Positions 49,993 through 58,179 of a DNA stretch of 64,000 nt are shown piece after piece. A program made the position numbers and the translations under genes. How positions within the stretch are numbered: position 1 is the first letter of the stretch; each line of letters opens with the position of its first letter. The stretch comes from an uncultured Actinomycetota bacterium (lineage in GTDB: Bacteria > Actinomycetota > Actinomycetes > Mycobacteriales > Mycobacteriaceae), in contig CAWKCR010000022.1 in NCBI GenBank assembly GCA_963848185.1, positions 102,019-166,018 of the forward strand, read 5' to 3'. The notes under the pieces are model-generated. The model saw nothing but the letters and a program-made list of their open reading frames with translations. It was not told where the DNA came from and did not search any database.

Positions 49993-52949
49993 GCCGGTAC
50001 CTCCCAGGCCTCCAGGAAGCGGGTCGGCTGCGTGGGGTCGCGAAGCTGGTCGCGCATCACCTGCCACAGGTCGACCGCGGTCTCGACGGTCGCCTCGGCG
50101 ATCGGCTGCGCGGCACGCTCTTCAAAAACGTTGCGGTCCACCGCGATCAGGGTGGTGTCCATCGGACGTAGCGTCGGGCCCGCGACGGCCCTCAGCGACG
50201 GTGGCCGCAATCCCACCGTCACCGCCGCCGGCCGCCAGCGTTGCAGGCGCTCGGCGACCGAGTAGCTCAGCGACGTCTCCTGCGCATACAGGCCGGGCCA
50301 CTTCGATACCGCGCGGGGATCTGCCAGCGGAGGCTCGTATGCGGTTTCGTAACCGTCGTCCACCCGATGCCCGGCGCCGAGTCGAAAGCCACCGGTCACC
50401 ACCTGTTTGCCGCTGTTGTGGGTGGAAGTCGGCGGAGCGGTGAGCTGTTCGTCCTCGGTCAGATCGAACAGTTCGCCGCGGACAAAACGCTCCACGAGGT
50501 CGCCGAGACGGTCCGCAGGTTGCACCACCCCGACCTGGACGCTGGTGATGGCCCAACGCTGCTCGGCGACCCGGCGGCGCGAGTACTTGGTGAAAACAAC
50601 GTCCAGCGGAACCACCGCTTGGCTGACCCGGAAGGTGGAATCCGGGTGCACGAGGGTGCCGGCTGTCATTTCTTCGGCGGCCGTGCGGGTGAACGTCAAA
50701 CCGGTCCGCTCGGCGCTGGGGCGTTCGATGATCCAGGCGTCGGGTTTGTTGATCGCAGCCTTCACGGGGCCGGACAGGTCGTCGCCGACGATGCGGGCGG
50801 CCACCGCCGGTGGAGCGCCCCAGCCGATGTCGAAATCCAGGTCGACGTCCCAGAACAGCACCGAGATGCTGCCGGTGCCGAACGCATGCCATGGCGCCGG
50901 CCCTTCCAGGGTGAAGTCCAGTCCCACGCTGGCCAGCCGCTGGCCGAGAGCGCGCACGGCCACCCCGGCGAAGATGCGCACCGAGAACGAGAAGGTCGGG
51001 TCGAAGCGGAAGAGCGCGTCCAGTCCCAGCCAACCCTCCACCCCACACTTGGCGATCATCGCTTCCAGGTGCAGGCGACCGCCGAACTGCACGGCGTTGG
51101 ACGTGACCGCGAAGTACGCCTCGATGCTCATCGCGAAGGGGAAGCCGGGCCGCAGATCCATCTGCAGACGCTGCAGCGCGGGTACGCCTGCCGGGCGGAC
51201 GTACCGTGGGTGGAACCCACCGGCCGACAAGACGAACTCGGGGCGGTCACCGCCCCGGACCAGCAGGTAGATCTCGCCGCGCACTGCCAACCCGACGATC
51301 CAGGATCCAGCCAGGGAGACCAGCAGTTCGAACGACGGCACGCCGGGATCGAATCGGCCAAGGATGCTGGCTTGCAACCGAACCAGCGGCACCACGGGGT
51401 CGGGCACCCCGACAAGCAGCCGACCCAGAATCACCGCCTGCACCGGTGCGGGCAGCTCCAGAATCAGCGCACCGGACAGTGACACCATCCGTCCGCCCCA
51501 CGTGATCCGCACCATCGGGGCGATGACGAACCTGCTGCCGGCCAGCGGGAATGCCGCCGACAGCGCGCCGATCACCTCGTCGGCGCGCTCGACGATCCGC
51601 TCGGGGAACAGCACCCGATCAGCATGACCGTCACTGACCAGGCGGGAGATCTCGGTGACGTCGACGCGGCGGTTGACGCCGACGAGGCCGCCGACCGCGT
51701 CGAGGGCGAATCCGAAGCAGAGTTGGATCCCCGGCGGTGGGAATTGCGCGGCGAGGACCACGACGAAACTGGTGGGATTCTTTGCGTCGGGCGGTCGGAA
51801 CACCGCAACGGCCTGCATGCCGATGACGCCGAGATCGACCGCGATGACGCCGCCGTAGCTGGTGTCATCGATCTTGCGGACGAACCCGCCGCCGGACACC
51901 GGGGGAAGCGTGAGGTTCACCCCGATGCCGTCAGGGGTGAGTGCACGGAGACCGGCCGGGTCCAGGCGGGGCCGCTGCCCAGCGGGAAACTTCAGGGGCA
52001 GACTACTTCCCGCGTCACTGAGCATTGCCCGCAGCGGTAACCCGGGCAGGCTCGCGGTGAGTGAGGTGACCACGCCCAGGTGCAGCGAGCCGTCGGACTG
52101 CGACAGAGTAAACGCAGTGCCGCGGCTTTGCAGGCCGGGGGCGTTGAGCCGCAAGGGAATTGGCAAACGCAGCGAGCTACCTCCGGCGAATCGCACGCCG
52201 TTGTTGCGGTCTGCCTCGACGGTGACCGTGATCGCTGCCGAGTCGTTCGACGCGGCCGGTTGGTTGGGCGACGTGCCGACCAGTCGTGCCAACTCCGCCG
52301 GCAGGATCGCTACCTCGACTCCGCGCAGCTGGACGGTGACCGTGGGCGGGGCCGGCGGGTTTGCGGCGACGGTGATCGCGAAACCCTTCAGCCGCATGCC
52401 CGGGCCCGTGGTCATGCCGGCCTGAAACGGTGCGGTGCGCTCGACGCGGACGCTGGCCGACCCGCCGGGCGGTGGCGGTCCGCCGGCGGCGACGTCCCAC
52501 CCGTCGGGAGCGTCCACGGTCACCGCCGCCGACCACTCCGCCGCCGGGTTAGGCGGGTTGGGTGTCTGGAATGTCAGCGCCGCCCCGCCCGACACGACGA
52601 CGTCGAACAGCGGGTTGTTCGCGGCATCGGGTGTGACGGCGACCGCGGCGAGGCGCGTCGGGTCGGCAGGGTCCTTGATCACCAACGCAATTCCGGGCCC
52701 GGCGTTGGGAGCGCGGCGCCAGCCGTGGAGGCGCACCGGCGAGTCGGCGTCGAGCTCGCCGGTGATGTCGCGGACCAGATCTGTCAGCGGGTTGCCCGCG
52801 GGAGGCACGACCACCGAAAGCAGCCGTCCACCCATCAACGCGTCGCCGGGTTGCAGGGCCGGCAGCTGGGCGAGCAGATCACGGACCGCCCGGTCGACGT
52901 AGGCCTTCAGCTCGGCGGTGACCAGCCGCCACAAATCGTTCGGGTTCAC
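49989..52949 (-). CDS. DUF6603-like beta-rich protein (~986 aa)
   Basis: GIQL.FGFAL..VGGLVGVNR, FVLSAGGFHP, YFAVTSNAVQFGG, LEGPAPW; GTGA overlap with the WD40 gene. Confidence 0.75.
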   Translation of the reverse strand: MNPNDLWRLVTAELKAYVDRAVRDLLAQLPALQPGDALMGGRLLSVVVPPAGNPLTDLVRDITGELDADSPVRLHGWRRAPNAGPGIALVIKDPADPTRLAAVAVTPDAANNPLFDVVVSGGAALTFQTPNPPNPAAEWSAAVTVDAPDGWDVAAGGPPPPGGSASVRVERTAPFQAGMTTGPGMRLKGFAITVAANPPAPPTVTVQLRGVEVAILPAELARLVGTSPNQPAASNDSAAITVTVEADRNNGVRFAGGSSLRLPIPLRLNAPGLQSRGTAFTLSQSDGSLHLGVVTSLTASLPGLPLRAMLSDAGSSLPLKFPAGQRPRLDPAGLRALTPDGIGVNLTLPPVSGGGFVRKIDDTSYGGVIAVDLGVIGMQAVAVFRPPDAKNPTSFVVVLAAQFPPPGIQLCFGFALDAVGGLVGVNRRVDVTEISRLVSDGHADRVLFPERIVERADEVIGALSAAFPLAGSRFVIAPMVRITWGGRMVSLSGALILELPAPVQAVILGRLLVGVPDPVVPLVRLQASILGRFDPGVPSFELLVSLAGSWIVGLAVRGEIYLLVRGGDRPEFVLSAGGFHPRYVRPAGVPALQRLQMDLRPGFPFAMSIEAYFAVTSNAVQFGGRLHLEAMIAKCGVEGWLGLDALFRFDPTFSFSVRIFAGVAVRALGQRLASVGLDFTLEGPAPWHAFGTGSISVLFWDVDLDFDIGWGAPPAVAARIVGDDLSGPVKAAINKPDAWIIERPSAERTGLTFTRTAAEEMTAGTLVHPDSTFRVSQAVVPLDVVFTKYSRRRVAEQRWAITSVQVGVVQPADRLGDLVERFVRGELFDLTEDEQLTAPPTSTHNSGKQVVTGGFRLGAGHRVDDGYETAYEPPLADPRAVSKWPGLYAQETSLSYSVAERLQRWRPAAVTVGLRPPSLRAVAGPTLRPMDTTLIAVDRNVFEERAAQPIAEATVETAVDLWQVMRDQLRDPTQPTRFLEAWEVPA

Positions 52950-53998
52950 CCGACACCACCGGTGACGTCGAGTACCACCGCCTTGTTGAAATGCCCTAGG
53001 CCCAGCCAGAGGCTGTTGGGACTGAACCGGAGCGCAAGGACCTCGTCGGTGTTCTGCGGGGGGAAGCGTCTGACCCCCGTCGCCACGTTGATGGCCTGCA
53101 CGACGTTGTCGATTGCGGTGCTCGCCGCCCACTTTCCGTTCGGACTGAACGCGACGTGGGTGACTGCGCCGGTGTGCTCGAGGCGGAAGGTGTTCTCCAC
53201 GCCGGACTCTGCCTCCAGAATCCGCGCGGAGTCGTCGGCGCCACCGACCACGGTCCAGCGGCCAGTCGGGTCGAAGGCGACGTGAGTGGATCCGAGCGAG
53301 TCCTCGCGTTCGAGGTCTTCCGGTACCTGCCATAGCTGAGTACCGTCGTCGGACTTGAACATTCGCGTAGTTCCGTCGGCACTGCCGAACAGAACCATGG
53401 ATGCGTCCGGGCTGAACGCTACGGCGTGCACCGCGTCGTCGGGGGTCTTGCGGCTGCGCTCGGCGCCGGTGGTGAGGTCGAACACGCGCGCGGAGCCGGC
53501 TTGGTGATGGTTGCCGCCGTGGCGTTCGTCGATGGCGACCGCGAGCAGCTTGCCGTCCTTGCTGAGGTCGACGTCGACGATGGTCTGGTCGACGACGATC
53601 GGTGGCAGAACCGGGTCACCGGTCGCCGCGTCGAGCACCGCGATGCGAGTGTCGGTGGTTGCGATGAGCTGTTGTCCGTCGGGAGTGAAGGTGACGGAAT
53701 TGACCGAGCTCGCCGCCTCGATGGCACCTTCCCAGCCGAGCGCCCCGTTGCTGGCCGAGTGGGTCGCGACGCGGTCGAGATCGGCCAGCGCGAGCGTTGC
53801 ACCGTCGGGACTGAACGCGATGCTCGAGACGAATCCGTTGACCGGGATGTCCAGCTTCGGCCCCGTCTGCACCGCGCGGACAAGGACGTTGGTGCCGGCC
53901 CCTCCGCTGGCGAACCGCGTCGAGTCTGCGCTGAACGCAATCGCATTGACGGAGCCGTCGTGATCGACAGTGAGGATGGCACTACCCGCTTGACTCAT
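52946..53998 (-). CDS. WD40 repeat beta-propeller protein
   Basis: About eight V..VAFSPDG repeats; GGGGGAG RBS. Confidence 0.9.
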   Translation of the reverse strand: MSQAGSAILTVDHDGSVNAIAFSADSTRFASGGAGTNVLVRAVQTGPKLDIPVNGFVSSIAFSPDGATLALADLDRVATHSASNGALGWEGAIEAASSVNSVTFTPDGQQLIATTDTRIAVLDAATGDPVLPPIVVDQTIVDVDLSKDGKLLAVAIDERHGGNHHQAGSARVFDLTTGAERSRKTPDDAVHAVAFSPDASMVLFGSADGTTRMFKSDDGTQLWQVPEDLEREDSLGSTHVAFDPTGRWTVVGGADDSARILEAESGVENTFRLEHTGAVTHVAFSPNGKWAASTAIDNVVQAINVATGVRRFPPQNTDEVLALRFSPNSLWLGLGHFNKAVVLDVTGGVG

Positions 53999-54160
53999 AG
54001 CTCCCCCAACCAGATGCATCGAGCCGGCGAAAACTGGTCGATTGTGTCATCGTGCACAGGCTGTGCGTCAGCTTTCGCCTGATGTTGTTTCGGATTTCAA
54101 CGGCGAGCTTTCTCGGCGCGGTCACGGTGCGAACGGTATCGACGCCATCGCTCGCCGTCG

Positions 54161-54178
54161 CGAGTAGTGCACTACTCG
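54161..54178. promoter_or_regulatory. Island palindrome, perfect copy
   Basis: CGAGTAGTGCACTACTCG, a perfect 18-bp palindrome upstream of the WD40/DUF6603 operon. Confidence 0.78.
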
Positions 54179-54200
54179 AAATCCGCTGCCCCGCCGCGGC

Positions 54201-55421
54201 CTAATGAAAGTCGTTGGCCAGCGGGAACAGCCCGTCTCCTGGCGGACGGGCCAGGTCGGGATTGAGGGCGGTGAGTTCGGCCGAGTCCGCGGCGTCGCGA
54301 AACAGCTGCGCGCTGATCTGCTGTGCTTCGGTGTTGCCGCTGAAGGTCATGTTCGCGCACTGGCGTAGCCACAGGGCGATCTGGCGGTAGGTCGCCGCGT
54401 GTCCCTGGGCCAGGATTCCGGGGATGTAACCGTTGTCGTCGAACAGTTCGGGGTCGGTTTCGGCGAAGTAGAAATGTGCGGCTTCGGAGAGTGCGACCGG
54501 CTGCAGGAACTGCGCGGCGAACGGATCGCCCGCATTCTCGCGCTCGATGATCCAGTTGACGTGGCGCGCGTTCATCTCATGGGCGAACTGAAAGAAGACG
54601 CGCGCCGTCGGTCTACCGGTCGCCTGGGACAGGTTTGCCGCCAGATTGGGATCGAGGAAGCTTTCGGTGTCGAAGGTCGGGGTGTTCTCCAGACCCAGCC
54701 CTTTGTTGCGCATATGGGTCAGCTCATGGCACAGCACGGCGCGCAGATCGACCTTCGCCTTCCGGCCGGTCGGATGGTGGGTGAGCGACATCCGGCCGCG
54801 TATCGTCAGGTCGTTGAAGGCGATCGCGACGTGTTCCTGTCCATCGGTGCCGTCGAAGTCGACCGTGATGCCCGCGGCGTCGGGGCGCATGTCGCGGTCG
54901 ATGTGGTCGATGATGGCGGCGGGTATTCGGTTGTCCTGAACACCACGAATCCTGCTGTGCGCGACGATGGCAAGGCAATGACCCGAATTCAGCGCCGATC
55001 GCATGAAGCCCCCGAGGTCGTGACGTTGGGTGTTCAGTGGCGCATCGATAAGCGGTGCAAGTTCGAATCCGACGAAGGGCTCCACCACATGTGCGGCGAC
55101 GAACGAGGCAACTTCGCCGAACGCTGGATCCAGGCTTGGCGGGTCGACGAACAACTCCGCGTCCAGCTGGCCCGACGTCCCTTTGCCGACCACCGGATCG
55201 GTCGGCTCCAACCCGCGGCTCTGCTTGAACGCACTCACCGCTGCGCCGGTTGCGTCACCGAAGATCCCGTCGAGCCCACCGCTCGGGAAACCGAGTGTGT
55301 CCAATGCCTCCTGGACGCGCATGACCGAGAGGTTCTCCTCGGGTGCGTGCATCCGGTGGGCGCCGGCGAAGCATTGCTCCAGGACGGGGTCGAGGGAAAA
55401 GCGAGGGGAATTCAGTCCCAT
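54201..55421 (-). CDS. Peptidoglycan-binding domain protein with C-terminal HExxH metallopeptidase-like domain
   Basis: VQEAL..LGF....DGIFG..T..AV.AF....GL..D.VVG..T; HELTH followed by HEMNAR. Confidence 0.8.
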   Translation of the reverse strand: MGLNSPRFSLDPVLEQCFAGAHRMHAPEENLSVMRVQEALDTLGFPSGGLDGIFGDATGAAVSAFKQSRGLEPTDPVVGKGTSGQLDAELFVDPPSLDPAFGEVASFVAAHVVEPFVGFELAPLIDAPLNTQRHDLGGFMRSALNSGHCLAIVAHSRIRGVQDNRIPAAIIDHIDRDMRPDAAGITVDFDGTDGQEHVAIAFNDLTIRGRMSLTHHPTGRKAKVDLRAVLCHELTHMRNKGLGLENTPTFDTESFLDPNLAANLSQATGRPTARVFFQFAHEMNARHVNWIIERENAGDPFAAQFLQPVALSEAAHFYFAETDPELFDDNGYIPGILAQGHAATYRQIALWLRQCANMTFSGNTEAQQISAQLFRDAADSAELTALNPDLARPPGDGLFPLANDFH

Positions 55422-55456
55422 TGTCCGGACCCTTTCTGACGGTCTCATAGCCGGTC

Positions 55457-55523
55457 TCCGCCGAATCTGAGCTTGTGTGCGAAATTTCGGCGATTTGTCG
55501 AGCACAAGCTCAGTTTCGGCGGA
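55457..55523. repeat. 21-bp imperfect inverted repeat (REP-like element or terminator)
   Basis: TCCGCCGAATCTGAGCTTGTG ... CACAAGCTCAGTTTCGGCGGA, immediately after the regulator stop codon. Confidence 0.75.
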
Positions 55524-55527
55524 AAAG

Positions 55528-58179
55528 CTAGCTGTGGGCGCCGCTGCGGATAAGCGCGGCCAGTTCCTCGCGGTCGGAGATGTCGAGCTTGATGCACGCC
55601 CGGTAGAGGTGGCCCTCCACGGTGCGCACCGACACCGTCAGCCGGTCGGCGATGTCGCGATTGCTCAGCCCCGCCGCAACCAGATTGGCGATCTCGCGTT
55701 CACGGACCGTCAGCGGCAACGGGTGTGCGGCCAGATCCAGTGCGGGGGTTCGGATTCCGCCGCACTCGGCCGCCAGCCGGTTCGCCGCCGCGGCCGCCTC
55801 CACGCTGCGGCGGCGGTCGTCGGCACCCTCGAACGCGACCGCCGCCTGAGCGAAAGCATCGGCCGCCGACAACAGCGCACCGATCTCCTCGAATCGCTGC
55901 GCCGCGGTCGAAATTCCCGCCCCGTCGCGGTCGCGCACCGCCTCGGCATGTGCCGCGATCGCCGCCGCCAGACGTCCACCCGTCGCGGCCGCCACCTCGA
56001 CGAGCCGGTCCAGGGAAGTCTGATCGCCGAACCGCACCGCGTCGTGCAGCGCCAGCATCTCGATCGCCTGCTGCCCCGAGTCCGCCGCCTGCCGCGCCGC
56101 CTCCAGCGCGAGATCGATTGCGGCGCTGATATTTCCCTCCGCAGCGGCCAGCCACGACTCGGTGATCGTGAGCTGCGGGCCGAACACCGCGACGTGCCGG
56201 CCGAAGCGCGTCTTCACTTCGGCCACCATCTTGGCGCCGGGCTCCACGCGGCCCAGCACACAGTAGGACTGCGCCAGCAACAGACGCGCCGGGAAGCTCC
56301 ACGACGCCGCCGACTCCGCGGTCAAGGCGGCAACCGTTTGTTCCATCCGCGGCACCGTATCGGCGAACAGCCCCCGGGCCACCCCGACGGTTCCGACCAG
56401 CACGTTGGCCATACCCCACGCCAGGTACTGGCCCGAGGACGTGATCCGGATGATGTCGGCGGATCGCTGTGCGGCGGTGTCGAAGTCGCCGGCCAGCGCC
56501 AGCGCGCGGACCTCACCGAAGGCGGCGAGATGGCGCAGCAGTCCGTCGACCCTCCTCTCCACCTGATGGCCCCGCTCCGCGACCGCGGCGACCTCGTCAG
56601 CGCGACCCATCAACGCCAGCGCCAGCGCGCCGCCGAACGCGGCCCATTGGACGGCGGTCGGGTGGGCGTCGGGATCGGCAAGCACCCGCTCGGACAGTGC
56701 GACGGATTCGGAGAGCTGATTCTCAAACGCGCGGGACGCGGACGCGACGCCGTCGACGAGCAGCCGCAGCCCGTTGTGAGTGATCTTCTCCCGCAATAGT
56801 TCCAGCACCTCGTCGGCGCTCTCGGCATCGCCCATCGACCAGTGCAGGTTGGCGATTCGCGCCAGACCCCAACGCACCAGGTCGATTTCGTTCATCTGGT
56901 CCGGGTCGAACGAGTTCAGCGTCTCCTCGGCCTCTGCGGCCTTACCCTGCCACAGCAGCGACCGGGCCAACAGCTCGCTGGCGGTCAGGCCGCCGCCGCG
57001 GTTCACGGCGGCACGGGCCAGCCGCTCACCCAACGTGACGTTCGTCAGCGCGATCGCGTCCCGCGCCGCAGTCTCTAACAGCTCGAGGTCGGGCGATTGG
57101 TCGCTGTCGAGCGTCAACTCCGCCAACCGCATACGGTCCGTCGGCCCACGCAACGGGTGACCCTGCAGCGCGCGCACCACCTCGCCGCGCAACCGACGCG
57201 CCGCCGCCATGCCCAGCCGCCGGCGGATCACCTCCCCGAACAACGGATGGTTGAACCGCACGTCGATGTTGGAATGGTCCTCGACGACGCGGATCAGGCC
57301 GCGGTTCTCCGCATCCTCCACCGCGTCGACACCGACGATGTCGGTCAGCGTGTCGAGATTCAAAGGCTCACAGAACGTCAGCAGCCGCAGCGTGTGCAGC
57401 ACGTTGTCGGGCAGCTGATCGACCCGGGAATCCAGCAGCGACGCCAGTTCGGAGGTGACCGCGGTCCGGCCGCGCAGCTGCCACACACCGCGGACCTGAC
57501 GCAGTGTGCCCGCCTCCAACGCGCCCTCGACCAGGTGCCGGACGAACAACGCGTTTCCGCCGGACGCCTCCCACATCAGGTCGGCCGACAGTCCCTCGAC
57601 GCGGCCGCCGAGCGCCTGCTCGATGAGACTGACGCACTGATCCCTCGTGAAAGGCATCAGGTGCAGCCGCTGCAGATAGCCATCCTTCCACAGCGAGGTG
57701 ATCGCGTCGGGCACCGTCTCTCCGGCCCGCACCGTGGCGACGATGCGGACCGAGCCGTCCAGCGCCAACTGGTGAAGCAGGGTTGCCGACAGTTGATCCA
57801 GCAAATGCGCGTCGTCGACACCGATCACTGAATGGCCTTCGGCGAGAATGGTTTCGCGCGCCGCCGACAGGAACGCCACCGGATCCCGGGACGTCGCGGC
57901 CCCCACCAAGTGCGCGAAGACTCCGAGCGGGATGCTGCGCGCCGACTCGGTACCGGCCACCCACTGCACCCGCGACGGCAGCGACTGCGTCACCAGGCGG
58001 GCAAGCGTTGTCTTGCCCACGCCGGCATCGCCGATCAGCACGATCCCGCACACACCCGTTTGCTCCACCAGCGCGTTGTAAATCGCCGTGTATTCGGTAT
58101 CGCGCCGGACCACAGGCCAGTTTTGGGCCACGACCTCGAACTTTACTACCTCCGGGGGGAGGAGAGCGGGACTTGTCAC
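55528..58179 (-). CDS. Large AAA-ATPase LuxR-family (MalT/LAL-like) transcriptional regulator
   Basis: GDAGVGKT, VDDAH, GGNALF, helical repeats, C-terminal LTVREREIA.L.A.GLSNRDIA..L.VS.RTVEGHL. Confidence 0.93.
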   Translation of the reverse strand: MTSPALLPPEVVKFEVVAQNWPVVRRDTEYTAIYNALVEQTGVCGIVLIGDAGVGKTTLARLVTQSLPSRVQWVAGTESARSIPLGVFAHLVGAATSRDPVAFLSAARETILAEGHSVIGVDDAHLLDQLSATLLHQLALDGSVRIVATVRAGETVPDAITSLWKDGYLQRLHLMPFTRDQCVSLIEQALGGRVEGLSADLMWEASGGNALFVRHLVEGALEAGTLRQVRGVWQLRGRTAVTSELASLLDSRVDQLPDNVLHTLRLLTFCEPLNLDTLTDIVGVDAVEDAENRGLIRVVEDHSNIDVRFNHPLFGEVIRRRLGMAAARRLRGEVVRALQGHPLRGPTDRMRLAELTLDSDQSPDLELLETAARDAIALTNVTLGERLARAAVNRGGGLTASELLARSLLWQGKAAEAEETLNSFDPDQMNEIDLVRWGLARIANLHWSMGDAESADEVLELLREKITHNGLRLLVDGVASASRAFENQLSESVALSERVLADPDAHPTAVQWAAFGGALALALMGRADEVAAVAERGHQVERRVDGLLRHLAAFGEVRALALAGDFDTAAQRSADIIRITSSGQYLAWGMANVLVGTVGVARGLFADTVPRMEQTVAALTAESAASWSFPARLLLAQSYCVLGRVEPGAKMVAEVKTRFGRHVAVFGPQLTITESWLAAAEGNISAAIDLALEAARQAADSGQQAIEMLALHDAVRFGDQTSLDRLVEVAAATGGRLAAAIAAHAEAVRDRDGAGISTAAQRFEEIGALLSAADAFAQAAVAFEGADDRRRSVEAAAAANRLAAECGGIRTPALDLAAHPLPLTVREREIANLVAAGLSNRDIADRLTVSVRTVEGHLYRACIKLDISDREELAALIRSGAHS

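Noticed and set aside
41616-53998. Reading the giant operon as a contractile injection system, prophage tail or type VII secretion locus
   Set aside because: I recognised no sheath, tube, baseplate, VgrG/PAAR, FtsK-ATPase or WXG100 motifs.
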